Shown: positions 1 through 8,478, numbered from the stretch's first letter. The stretch: 33,945 nt of DNA from Patescibacteria group bacterium (GCA_034716735.1 JAYEKT010000064.1:1-33945), one strand, 5' to 3'. The notes: generated by a model not told the origin, from the letters alone. Program-made: numbers and translations.

Positions 1-1
1 A

Positions 2-292
2 AATCCCAAGACATCAATAGAATTTTTAAAACCGTTTTTAAAATCTTTGGATATGGTTCTTGTAATGGGGGTTAATCCAGGATTTAGTGGACAAAAATTT
101 CAAAAATCAATTCTGAAAAAAATCAAACAGATTAAAAAGTTAAATTCAAAAGTTTTAGTCGGTGTAGACGGGGGAGTAAATCTTCAAAACACAAAAGAAA
201 TCACAAAGGCCGGCGCTGATATCCTTTCCGCGGCTAGTGTGATATTTAAAAGTAATGACATTAAAAAAACAATAGAAAAACTAAATATGTAA
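2..292 (+). CDS. rpe: ribulose-phosphate 3-epimerase, C-terminal part (5' end upstream of window)
   Basis: Frame is open from base 2 (NPKTSIEFLKPFLKSLD precedes the listed Met). 'DMVLVMGVNPGFSGQKF' and 'VGVDGGVN' match conserved Rpe motifs (VNPGFGGQ, DGG). Confidence 0.85.
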   Translation, partial: NPKTSIEFLKPFLKSLDMVLVMGVNPGFSGQKFQKSILKKIKQIKKLNSKVLVGVDGGVNLQNTKEITKAGADILSAASVIFKSNDIKKTIEKLNM

Positions 293-307
293 AAAAGGAG
301 GAAATTC

Positions 308-733
308 ATGAAACATATCGCGTTACTTCTTGTTTTGGTTATTACGGGATGTCTTAATACCACAGGTTCTATTGGCGAGGTTCCAGAAGTAGAAGAAGAG
401 GAATATGTAGAATGTAATCGTGATATTGAGTGCGTGGAATATCCTACTTGGCAGAGTTGGCAAACTTATTATGATGGTGATTCAGAATTTGTGTGCGAGC
501 CATGCTGGCGGAACCATCATTATGAACAACGTGGTGATTGTTGCGTCTGCAACCCTGAAGAACACCGTAAGTGGTGTTCTTCAAACAGAAGCGCGATTTA
601 TTTTTGTTCGCCTCTTGGAGAGTTTATTCACAGAAATTGCGCGGCATATTGCGCATGGTTTCGGTATTCATATGGCAATACATGTGTTGAGATTAGTGGC
701 GAAGCCCAGTGTGATTGCAGGATGGAGTTTTAG
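308..733 (+). CDS. small cysteine-rich secreted lipoprotein, function unknown
   Basis: AAGGAGG lies 6 nt upstream of the ATG. Signal peptide with lipobox LVITG|C. 14 further Cys in the mature part, acidic EVPEVEEEEY linker, C-terminal C..C.C spacing reminiscent of EGF-like modules. Confidence 0.7.
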   Translation: MKHIALLLVLVITGCLNTTGSIGEVPEVEEEEYVECNRDIECVEYPTWQSWQTYYDGDSEFVCEPCWRNHHYEQRGDCCVCNPEEHRKWCSSNRSAIYFCSPLGEFIHRNCAAYCAWFRYSYGNTCVEISGEAQCDCRMEF

Positions 734-786
734 TTTCAGACCTTGGCTATTACAGTCAGGGTCTTTTTCTGTTATAATAAAGATAT

Positions 787-1614
787 ATGCTTTCTGATAA
801 AAAATTAAAAAGTTTGGGAAGAACAGCTAATACTGTTCGTCAAGATATTATCAAAATGTTACTCGCAGCTGGTTCTGGACATTCTGCTGGTTCATTAGGA
901 ATGGCTGATGTTTTTACAGCGCTTTATTTTAACGTCCTTAACATCAACCCAAAAAAACCATGGGAGCCAAAGCGTGATAGATTATATTTATCAAACGGAC
1001 ATATCTGTCCAGTTCTTTATGCAGTGCTCGCTCGCCGCGGATATTTTCCAGTAAGCAAACTTAAAACACTTCGTAAGTTAGGTAGTCCTTTGCAGGGACA
1101 CCCCCATTATAAATGCTTGCCGGGTATTGAAAATACAAGCGGACCGATTGCGCAAGGACAATCTATTGCGATTGGCGCGGCTCTGTCAGCAAAAATGGAC
1201 AACAATAAACATCAAATTTATTGTTTGGTCGGTGATGGCGGTCAGGATGAAGGTCAAACATGGGAAGCGGTTCTTTGCGCTGGAAAATACAAACTTGATA
1301 ATCTTACATTTATAATGGATAGAAATAATATTCAGATTGACGGCTATACAGAAGATGTAATGCCAATCGAACCATTGGCAGATAAATATAAAGCATTTGG
1401 CTGGCATGTTATTGAAGTTGATGGACACAATATCCGCCAGATTATTGATGCATGCGGTCAGGCAGAATCTATTTTTGAAAAACCAGTGATGATTATTGCC
1501 CACACTATTCCTGGCAAGGGGGTTGATTTTATGGAATGGAAATATCAGTGGCATGGAAAAGTTCCAAATTCAAAAGAAGCAAAAGAAGCATTAAAACAAT
1601 TACGTAAATTATGA
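787..1614 (+). CDS. tkt: transketolase, N-terminal (TPP-binding) subunit
   Basis: 'GHSAGSLGMADVFTALYF' and 'GDGGQDEGQTWEA' TPP-binding motifs. ATGA overlap with the next gene. Confidence 0.9.
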   Translation: MLSDKKLKSLGRTANTVRQDIIKMLLAAGSGHSAGSLGMADVFTALYFNVLNINPKKPWEPKRDRLYLSNGHICPVLYAVLARRGYFPVSKLKTLRKLGSPLQGHPHYKCLPGIENTSGPIAQGQSIAIGAALSAKMDNNKHQIYCLVGDGGQDEGQTWEAVLCAGKYKLDNLTFIMDRNNIQIDGYTEDVMPIEPLADKYKAFGWHVIEVDGHNIRQIIDACGQAESIFEKPVMIIAHTIPGKGVDFMEWKYQWHGKVPNSKEAKEALKQLRKL

Positions 1615-2579
1615 ATTTATCACCAAGAATTTTTAAGAAAAATATAGACATGGTCCCAACTCGTAATGGCTATGGTGATGCTTTAGTTGAACTCGGTAGA
1701 AAAAATCCTAATGTTGTTGTGTTGTGCGCTGACCTTTCTGATTCAACCCGCAGTTCTGGTTTTCAAAAAGAATTTCCAGAAAGATTTATTGAATGTGGTA
1801 TTGCCGAGCAAAATATGATGGGTATGGCAGCTGGCTTGGCATCTGAAGGAAAAATTCCATTTGTTTCAACATATAGTGTTTTTTGTCCAGGACGAAATTG
1901 GGATCAGCTTCGCGTCAGCGCTTGTTACAGCAATTTGCCAGTAAAACTAACTGGCGCGCATGCAGGTGTTTCTGTTGGGCCAGACGGAGCGACCCATCAG
2001 GGTTTGGAAGACATTGCAATTACAAGATGTATTCCAAACCTGACCGTTCTTGCGCCATGTGATTATGAAGAAACCAGAAAAGCAACGGTGGAAGCGGCAA
2101 AATTACCCGGACCGGTTTATCTTCGTTTTGCCAGAGAAAAAACACCAGTTTTCACAACATCAAGAACGCCTTTTAAAATCGGCAGAGCAGAAGTTTTGCG
2201 TGAAGGAAAAGATGTTTCTGTAGTCGCTTGCGGCCCTTTGGTTTATGAAGCCCTACTTGTAGCGGAAAAATTAAAGAAAGAACAAATCAAAGTAGAAGTG
2301 ATTGATAGTCACACAATAAAACCATTAGACAAAAAAACAATTTTAAAATCTGCTAAAAAAACAGGCGCCATTATAACAGTTGAAGAACATCAGATAATGG
2401 GAGGAATGGGTTCTGCCGTTGCAGAAGTTCTCGCGCGCAATTATCCAGTGCCAATGGAATTTGTTGGCATGCCTGATTCATTTGGAGAAAGCGGCGCGCC
2501 AGAAGAATTACTAAAAAAATACGGAATGACTTCTGCGCGCATCATCAAAGCCATTAAAAAAGTTTTAAAACGAAAATAA
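1611..2579 (+). CDS. tkt: transketolase, C-terminal subunit
   Basis: 'TRNGYGDALVELG', 'IAEQNMMGMAAGLA', 'GPDGATHQGLEDIA' are typical of the pyrimidine-binding half of split transketolases. Confidence 0.9.
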   Translation: MNLSPRIFKKNIDMVPTRNGYGDALVELGRKNPNVVVLCADLSDSTRSSGFQKEFPERFIECGIAEQNMMGMAAGLASEGKIPFVSTYSVFCPGRNWDQLRVSACYSNLPVKLTGAHAGVSVGPDGATHQGLEDIAITRCIPNLTVLAPCDYEETRKATVEAAKLPGPVYLRFAREKTPVFTTSRTPFKIGRAEVLREGKDVSVVACGPLVYEALLVAEKLKKEQIKVEVIDSHTIKPLDKKTILKSAKKTGAIITVEEHQIMGGMGSAVAEVLARNYPVPMEFVGMPDSFGESGAPEELLKKYGMTSARIIKAIKKVLKRK

Positions 2580-2580
2580 T

Positions 2581-3543
2581 ATGTTTGATATTATTTCAAT
2601 TGGCGATTCAGTTCTTGATACTTTTTTGAAGTTGGAAGATGCCGTTCTTATCCCATCAAAAGAAGAGCATAATCCAATGCTTTGTTTGGTTTATGCGGAT
2701 AAAATTCCAATTGAACACTTTGAACAAAAAATCGCTGGCAATGCAGCCAATAATGCAATTGGTTCATCACGTCTTGGAATGAAGGCGGCATTTTACAGTG
2801 TTGTTGGAAACGATGACAGTGGAAAAAAAATAATCAAGGGAATTAAGGCAGAAAAAGTTTCTACAAAATACTTGGTGATTGATAAAAAACAACCAACAAA
2901 CTATACCGTTGTTCTTAATTATAATGGTGAAAGAACGCAATTGATTTATCGTTTAGATCGTCAGTATAATCTCCCAAAACTTAGTAAAACAAAATGGGTT
3001 TATTATACAGCAGTTGGAAAAAATCATATTAATTTAGAGAAAGATATCATTAAATATGTTAAAAGAAATGGCGCTAAACTTGGTTTTAATCCAGGCGCCT
3101 ATCAATTAGAAAGAGGTGTTAAGGCACTAAAAGATGTTTTGAAAGTTACAGAAATACTTTTTGTTAATAAAGAAGAGGGATTTAAGTTGGTCGGGCGGCA
3201 TAAAATGAAAGACCTGCTTTTGAAATTGTGCGATTTAGGTCCTAAAAATGTAGTTGTAACAGATGGTTCAAAAGGCGCTTATGCATCTGACTGCAAGGAC
3301 TGTTATTCTATGGGGGTTTTCCCAACAAAAGTAGTGGAGATGACTGGCGCTGGCGATGCTTTTGCCACAGGGTTTATTTCAGGAATATATTATAGCAAAG
3401 ATGTTTCAGAAGCATTAAGATGGGGAACAGCAAACTCTACATCTGTAATTAGTTTTATCGGTCCACAAGAAGGACTTTTGACAAAAGATGGAATGGTAAA
3501 AATGCTTAAAAAATATAGTAGAGTAAAACCAAAAAAAATATAG
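2581..3543 (+). CDS. PfkB-family carbohydrate kinase (substrate not assignable)
   Basis: 'GNAANNAIG' N-terminal region and PfkB signature 'TGAGDAFATGF'. Starts 2 nt after the tkt stop. Confidence 0.8.
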   Translation: MFDIISIGDSVLDTFLKLEDAVLIPSKEEHNPMLCLVYADKIPIEHFEQKIAGNAANNAIGSSRLGMKAAFYSVVGNDDSGKKIIKGIKAEKVSTKYLVIDKKQPTNYTVVLNYNGERTQLIYRLDRQYNLPKLSKTKWVYYTAVGKNHINLEKDIIKYVKRNGAKLGFNPGAYQLERGVKALKDVLKVTEILFVNKEEGFKLVGRHKMKDLLLKLCDLGPKNVVVTDGSKGAYASDCKDCYSMGVFPTKVVEMTGAGDAFATGFISGIYYSKDVSEALRWGTANSTSVISFIGPQEGLLTKDGMVKMLKKYSRVKPKKI

Positions 3544-3544
3544 A

Positions 3545-4462
3545 ATGCTTGTAAGTTTAAAAAAAATTTTGATAAAAGCGCAAAGAGGGAAGTATGCTGT
3601 CCCTGCTTTTAATATAAACGACTTAGAAATTTTGCAGGCGATTATGGTGGCAGCAAAAAGATTAAAATCGCCAGTTATTATCCAAGCGTCTGAAGGCGCG
3701 ATAAAATATGCTGGAATGAAAAATCTTGTGAATATGGTGAAAGTTGCATCCAAAGGAAAAATTCCAGTTGTGTTTCATTTAGATCATGGCAAGGATTTGC
3801 GAGTGGTTAAGCAGGCAATTAAGTCAGGGTTTACTTCGGTGATGTATGATGGCTCAAAATTTTCTTTTAAAAAAAATTTGCGATTAACAAAAAAAGTTGT
3901 TGGATGGGCGCGCAAGAAAGGAGTTTCAGTGGAAGCAGAACTTGGCGCGCTAAAAGGTGTTGAAGATTTAGTAAGTGTTTCAGAAAAAGAAGCAATTTTA
4001 ACAAACCCGAAACAAGTTGGTGAATTTGTTGCAAAAACAGGATGCGATGCTTTGGCAATTGCAATCGGCACTTCGCATGGCGCGTATAAATTCAAAGGAA
4101 TGGCAAAGCTTGATATGAAACGACTTCAGGAGATTAAGAAAAATGTAAAAATTCCATTGGTTTTGCATGGCGCGAGCGGTGTTCCACAAGAGCTTGTAAA
4201 TCTAATTAAAAAATGTGGCGGTGATGTTGGTAATGCAAAAGGCAATTCACCAACAGAAATCAGAAAAGCAATCAAACAAGGAATTTGTAAGATAAATATT
4301 GATACTGATTTGCGCTTGGCATTCACTGCCGGCGTGCGATGTAAATTACAAAAAGATAAAAAAGTGATTGACCCAAGAAAAATTTTGGGAGAAGCAAAAG
4401 AATTGATAGAAAAAGTGGCAGAAGATAAAATTAAACTTTGTGGTTCGCAAAATAAGATATAA
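3545..4462 (+). CDS. fba: class II fructose/tagatose-bisphosphate aldolase
   Basis: 'VPAFNINDLE', 'HLDHG', 'GTSHGAYK', 'LVLHGASG' motifs of class II aldolases. Confidence 0.85.
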   Translation: MLVSLKKILIKAQRGKYAVPAFNINDLEILQAIMVAAKRLKSPVIIQASEGAIKYAGMKNLVNMVKVASKGKIPVVFHLDHGKDLRVVKQAIKSGFTSVMYDGSKFSFKKNLRLTKKVVGWARKKGVSVEAELGALKGVEDLVSVSEKEAILTNPKQVGEFVAKTGCDALAIAIGTSHGAYKFKGMAKLDMKRLQEIKKNVKIPLVLHGASGVPQELVNLIKKCGGDVGNAKGNSPTEIRKAIKQGICKINIDTDLRLAFTAGVRCKLQKDKKVIDPRKILGEAKELIEKVAEDKIKLCGSQNKI

Positions 4463-4463
4463 G

Positions 4464-4518
4464 AATGTCATTCCTGCCCATTCGGCAAGCTCAGGATAAA
4501 CTCTGGCAGGAATCCATT
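4464..4518. repeat. palindromic GTCATTCCTGCC...GGCAGGAATCC element, long form (26-nt loop)
   Basis: AATGTCATTCCTGCC / GGCAGGAATCCATT arms. The same arms and internal 'TAAACTCYGGCAGGAATCCAT' recur at 20213-20263. Short forms are at 20270-20296 and 29897-29922. Confidence 0.8.
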
Positions 4519-4531
4519 ATTATAAAAAATT

Positions 4532-5509
4532 ATGTTCTACGACGTTATCACAATCGGTTCGGCTACGAGGGATGTTTATTTGCGTTCGCCTGCTTTTGAT
4601 TTAATAAAATCAGATAAATTTTCAACAGGCACAGGAAGTTGCTTGGCGCTTGGAAGCAAGAACGAAGCAAGCGAGATTTTTTTAGATACTGGCGGAGGGG
4701 CAACAAACGTTGCAATAACTTTTGGTAATCTCAAATTGAAGACAGGGACAATCACTAATATCGGTGATGACCCAGCTGGAAAAGAGATTATTCAAATTTT
4801 AAAAAAATCAAAAGTTGATACATCTTTGATTCAAAGGGATAGAAAACATTTTACTTCTTACTCAACATTGCTTTTAACAAAATCTGGACACCGTTCTATT
4901 TTGGTTTATCGCGGAGCATCTAAATTTTTAAATTGGAAAAAGGTTCCAAAAGATATAAGAACCAAGTGGTTTTATATTACATCTCTTGCCGGCAACATAA
5001 AGTTATTAAAAGAGATTTTTAAATTTGCAAAGAAAAATAAAATTAGAATTGCATGGAATCCGGGAAAAAAAGAATTAGAATTTGGCGCAAAAAAATTGAA
5101 AGGACTTATTCGGCAGGCAGAAGTTTTTAATCTCAATCGAGAAGAAGCGACAAAATTAGTTAGAGAAGTTTATAAAGATAAAAAGAAGATTTTTAAGAAG
5201 ATGGAAAAATTAGAATCAAGAATTATTGTTATAACAGATGGCGCGCGCGGAGCTTATGCGCGGAATGATGGTCAATGGTATTTTGCAAAGTCGTTTGGCA
5301 CAAAGCCAGTGAACACAACTGGCGCTGGTGATGCATTTGGAAGCGGTTTTGTATCAGGTTTGATTATAAAGAATGATTTGAAATATGCGCTTGCGCTTGC
5401 CACTATAAATGCCGACGGACTAATTCAAAAAATGGGAGCAAAGAGCGGAGTTTTGACAAAATTACCGAGCAAGAAAGAAATTGAAAGGGTTGTTATTAAA
5501 AAAATATAA
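4532..5509 (+). CDS. PfkB-family carbohydrate kinase (second paralogue)
   Basis: 'GGGATNVAITFG' and 'NTTGAGDAFGSGF' PfkB signatures. Confidence 0.8.
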   Translation: MFYDVITIGSATRDVYLRSPAFDLIKSDKFSTGTGSCLALGSKNEASEIFLDTGGGATNVAITFGNLKLKTGTITNIGDDPAGKEIIQILKKSKVDTSLIQRDRKHFTSYSTLLLTKSGHRSILVYRGASKFLNWKKVPKDIRTKWFYITSLAGNIKLLKEIFKFAKKNKIRIAWNPGKKELEFGAKKLKGLIRQAEVFNLNREEATKLVREVYKDKKKIFKKMEKLESRIIVITDGARGAYARNDGQWYFAKSFGTKPVNTTGAGDAFGSGFVSGLIIKNDLKYALALATINADGLIQKMGAKSGVLTKLPSKKEIERVVIKKI

Positions 5510-5553
5510 CGAGAAATAAACCATTTCGTGATAGATAACAACTAAACAATAAG

Positions 5554-5587
5554 GCAAGGAATTCTCACGGCCGTGAGAATTCCTTGC
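5554..5587. repeat. 34-nt perfect palindrome (17-nt arms) upstream of the PaaX-like gene
   Basis: GCAAGGAATTCTCACGG|CCGTGAGAATTCCTTGC. Shares the 22-nt core AATTCTCACGGCCGTGAGAATT with 6143-6178. Confidence 0.9.
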
Positions 5588-5619
5588 AGGGTAAATCAAT
5601 CACATTTTTTGTTTATAAT

Positions 5620-6138
5620 ATGAAAAAGAAAAAATTTAGTGTAGCTAAAGAAATATTGATAGAGATTTTTGAAAATTCACTTGCTGCGACAGGATTTTTT
5701 ACGGACGCTTTTTTTGAATATCCGCACATGGCAAAAGGTAATTATCAAGATAGTGACTTGAAGTATGTAAAAAAAGAAATTTCGCGGCTTAAGCGCGAAA
5801 AGTTTGTAGAAGAAAGGAAGCGAGGTGATCGGTTAGAATTGGTTTTAACAAGTAAAGGAAAAAGGGCAGCTCGTAAATATCACGTTTTAACATGTAAAGA
5901 AAAAGTAAAAGACAAATACTATTTAGTAATTTTTGATATTCCAGAATCTGAGCGCAAAACCAGAGATTTTTTTCGCGCATTTCTCAAAGAAGCTGAATTT
6001 ATCCAATTACAACAAAGTGTTTGGGTTACTAAAAAAGAGATATTAGAACCTCTCAAGGAAATAATAAAGGATGCAGGGGCAGAGAAGTGGATTCATATTG
6101 TCACAGCGACAGACATAAGTGATTTTTCTTTAAAATAA
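5620..6138 (+). CDS. PaaX-like / Cas2-fold putative transcriptional regulator
   Basis: 'YYLVIFDIPESERKTRDFFRAFLKEAEFIQLQQSVWV' resembles the PaaX C-terminal (Cas2-like ferredoxin fold) signature, with a wHTH-like segment before it. ATG at 5620 is preferred over the listed TTG at 5584, which lies inside the palindrome. Confidence 0.45.
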   Translation: MKKKKFSVAKEILIEIFENSLAATGFFTDAFFEYPHMAKGNYQDSDLKYVKKEISRLKREKFVEERKRGDRLELVLTSKGKRAARKYHVLTCKEKVKDKYYLVIFDIPESERKTRDFFRAFLKEAEFIQLQQSVWVTKKEILEPLKEIIKDAGAEKWIHIVTATDISDFSLK

Positions 6139-6142
6139 GCGT

Positions 6143-6178
6143 GGCTAGAAATTCTCACGGCCGTGAGAATTTCTAGCC
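6143..6178. repeat. 36-nt perfect palindrome (18-nt arms) 5 nt after the PaaX-like stop
   Basis: GGCTAGAAATTCTCACGG|CCGTGAGAATTTCTAGCC. Same 22-nt core as 5554-5587. The outer arm bases differ but remain self-complementary. Confidence 0.9.
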
Positions 6179-6200
6179 TGCGTGTAATTAAACATGACTT

Positions 6201-6238
6201 AAAAAAACGGCTCAATTGGTTGAGCCGTTGGATTTTAT
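6201..6238. terminator. bidirectional intrinsic terminator
   Basis: AACGGCTCAA-TTGG-TTGAGCCGTT hairpin (6206-6229) with an A-run upstream and a T-rich run downstream. Sits between convergent genes. Confidence 0.7.
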
Positions 6239-6253
6239 TCTCCGTTTATTCTC

Positions 6254-7339
6254 CTAAAAAACCAAATTTATCAAAAATTCAGCAGTCCTCTTTGCCGAGT
6301 CGCCACGAGGCATCATGGGGTGATTTAAGTTTTTACTACTTTTTATCGCAGTGTCAATACTCCGTGGAATATCGGCTATCTCTGTGGCCAACTGCGCAAT
6401 TCCACATCCAACTGTCGGAAGGTATGGGAATGGCTGTTCCATCTCATTTTCCATTGCAAATCTATGGCTTTCAAGTAGGGTATTTACTGTTGGCACACCC
6501 ATAATTGCTGATTTGATTCCTTCTGTTCCCCACGGCGTCATCACAAGGTCAGCGGCAAGTCCGAGCTGTTCAGGATTGGCGCTATCCGCGCGGACAACGC
6601 GAACACCATGGATAGTGGCATGTGAAGCAATCATCTCGTGCAAAAACTCAAAATATTCTTTGCTAACTACTTTTTTGAGCTTTGGGTGAAGGCGTGGGAT
6701 AAGAACAAGATTCCTTGCCCAGCGGTTACCAAGGGTTGAAAGAAGCGCTACTACTGCATCGTTACATCGCTCGCGGTGGTCACCTAAACTCCAGAAAAGC
6801 AGGACTTTTTCATTTTCTGACAAACCAAGGCTGGCGCGCATTTCGCGACGAACACTGTCACGGTTTTCCATAAGCTTTACCAAATAATCAAAGCTCGGCT
6901 GACCAAGCACAGGAACTCTTTCTTTGTTCCAATTGGGTCTGCGCGAAAGAATATCCTTTTGATGCACCTCATCAATCGCCAGCCAAAAGTCAGGGTTAGC
7001 ATCACGCCAATGATTTGGCCACATGTCCGAACCAACAACAGAAAATATCTGATTTCTATTTGCGCAATCAACGGCGAATTTTTCTGCTGCATAAGTAGTA
7101 GCGCAAGAGCCGACAAAAACTAAATCTGCTTCGCGAACAACATCCTCAAACTCGGCACTTGGAAGCATGGGTGTATGCGGAATACAGGCTTTTTCCCAAA
7201 CCATTCCTGCCTTGCCAGTAGGAGACGCATCAGTTACCACAGAGATATCAACATCCCCAAGTTTCTTATAAACAGGCAGTTGAACCTTGGCCCCACCAAT
7301 ATCTCCAGAAACAAACAAAATCCGCGGTTTTCTGTCCAT
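6254..7339 (-). CDS. hypothetical protein, possibly a two-Rossmann (GT-B-like) fold; function unassigned
   Basis: 361-aa ORF with GGGAGGAGACA-ATG SD. N-terminal 'RILFVSGDIGGA' and C-terminal 'LVMTPWGTEGIKSAIMGVPTV' resemble GT-B/epimerase-type halves. Visibly GC-richer than its neighbours. Confidence 0.6.
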   Translation of the reverse strand: MDRKPRILFVSGDIGGAKVQLPVYKKLGDVDISVVTDASPTGKAGMVWEKACIPHTPMLPSAEFEDVVREADLVFVGSCATTYAAEKFAVDCANRNQIFSVVGSDMWPNHWRDANPDFWLAIDEVHQKDILSRRPNWNKERVPVLGQPSFDYLVKLMENRDSVRREMRASLGLSENEKVLLFWSLGDHRERCNDAVVALLSTLGNRWARNLVLIPRLHPKLKKVVSKEYFEFLHEMIASHATIHGVRVVRADSANPEQLGLAADLVMTPWGTEGIKSAIMGVPTVNTLLESHRFAMENEMEQPFPYLPTVGCGIAQLATEIADIPRSIDTAIKSSKNLNHPMMPRGDSAKRTAEFLINLVF

Positions 7340-7432
7340 TGTCTCCTCCCTTTCTTTTTATTTTTAATGTTCTATTTAAAACAACTTAACACATTAGTTA
7401 AAATTTAGCAAGACATGTTATAATAAAAGTGT

Positions 7433-8401
7433 ATGAAAAAAGTTTATATCACCCGTCGGATTCCGGAGGCAGGAATCAAATTATTACAAAAACAAAAAGG
7501 TTTTAAAGTTGAGGTGAGTCCGCACGATAGAGTTTTGTCAAAAAAAGAAATTATTAAAAAAGCAAAAGGTTGCGATGCTCTTTTGTCTCTTTTGACAGAT
7601 AAAATTGATGGAGATATTTTAGACGGAATTGGAAAGCAATTAAAAATCGTTGCCAATTATGCTGTTGGTTTTAATAATTTAGACGTGAAGGCCGCGAAGA
7701 AAAGAAAAGTAATGATGAGTAATGCTCCAGGGCCGGAAATTTCACAGTCAGTTGCCGAACATGCTTTTGGTCTTTTGTTGTCTGTTGCAAAGCGAATTCC
7801 AGAATCAGATAAATATACCCGCGCTGGAAAATATAAAGGATGGGCGCCAATGTTATTTTTAGGTGTTGATGTTCACGACAAGGTTTTAGGTATTGTTGGC
7901 TTGGGGGCAATTGGCCGAGCTGTTGCGCACCGCGCAGTTAAGGGAATGGGAATGAAAGTTTTGTATTATGATTTAAAACGCGACAAAGCTTTTGAGAAAA
8001 AATATGGCGCAAAACACGCATCTGTAAAAGAACTTTTAAAGAAATCAGATTTTGTTACTTTACATGTCCCGCTCTTGCCATCAACCAAACATTTAATCGG
8101 CGCAAAAGAATTAAACTCAATGAAAAAGACAGCATTTTTAATAAATACTTCACGTGGTCCTGTAATAGATGAAAAAGCATTGGTAAAAGCATTGAGAGCA
8201 AAGAAGATTGCTGGCGCAGGACTAGATGTTTATGAATGGGAGCCAAAACTTGCTCCTGGTTTGGCAAAACTTCCAAATGCTGTCTTAACACCGCACACAG
8301 CATCTGCATCAATTGAAACCAGAAGCGCAATGTCAGTTACGGCAGCAAAAAATATCATTGCAGCGCTTACTGGAAAGAAGCCGCCGAATTTGATTAAATA
8401 A
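7433..8401 (+). CDS. D-isomer-specific 2-hydroxyacid dehydrogenase (glyoxylate/hydroxypyruvate reductase-like)
   Basis: 'GIVGLGAIGRAVA' NAD fold, 'NTSRGPVIDEKAL', 'LTPHTASAS' catalytic-region motifs. N-terminus 'ITRRIPEAGIKLL' is typical of GyaR-type enzymes. Confidence 0.85.
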   Translation: MKKVYITRRIPEAGIKLLQKQKGFKVEVSPHDRVLSKKEIIKKAKGCDALLSLLTDKIDGDILDGIGKQLKIVANYAVGFNNLDVKAAKKRKVMMSNAPGPEISQSVAEHAFGLLLSVAKRIPESDKYTRAGKYKGWAPMLFLGVDVHDKVLGIVGLGAIGRAVAHRAVKGMGMKVLYYDLKRDKAFEKKYGAKHASVKELLKKSDFVTLHVPLLPSTKHLIGAKELNSMKKTAFLINTSRGPVIDEKALVKALRAKKIAGAGLDVYEWEPKLAPGLAKLPNAVLTPHTASASIETRSAMSVTAAKNIIAALTGKKPPNLIK

Positions 8402-8448
8402 ATGGAACAAAACTTTCACAGATTATTACCACAGATTTTCACAGATTT

Positions 8449-8475
8449 AAAATCCTCACTTTAGGTGAGGATTTT
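8449..8475. terminator. bidirectional intrinsic terminator
   Basis: AAAATCCTCAC-TTTAG-GTGAGGATTTT hairpin flanked by A/T runs, between convergent genes. Confidence 0.75.
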
Positions 8476-8478
8476 ATT

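Noticed and set aside
420-797. Listed ORFs that overlap or lie antisense to better-supported genes. Examples: 420-797, 1127-1315, 1186-1554, 3415-3753, 3784-4326, 5789-5980, 6163-6689, 6877-7116, 7175-7408, 7444-7910, 8055-8330, 8465-8683, 9345-9581, 10450-10689, 13646-13828, 13967-14428, the internal ORFs of valS and comM, 21241-21929, 22967-23179, 25432-25701, 25952-26218, 27536-27760, 28557-28769, 29338-29526, 31062-31425, 32148-32610.
   Set aside because: These are shadow frames of genes with clear family motifs. They have low-complexity or hydrophobic-junk translations and no SD or promoter context.
5584-5622. Longer N-terminal extensions given in the ORF track: TTG at 5584, 8976, 10218, TTG at 15087, TTG at 26295.
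   Set aside because: The extensions run through palindromes, terminators or promoters. Internal ATGs with SD sequences and family-typical N-termini fit better.
7458-7477. GGATTCC-GGAGGC-AGGAATC hairpin encoding 'IPEAGI', which resembles the GTCATTCC...GGAATCC repeat family.
   Set aside because: 'ITR.IPE.GI..L' is the native conserved N-terminus of GyaR-type 2-hydroxyacid dehydrogenases. The resemblance is coincidental.
8417-8447. Three CACAGATT direct repeats (at 8417, 8430 and 8440) just before the terminator.
   Set aside because: They are short 8-mers with irregular spacing (13 and 10 nt) in a 3' UTR between convergent genes. Nothing links them to a function.
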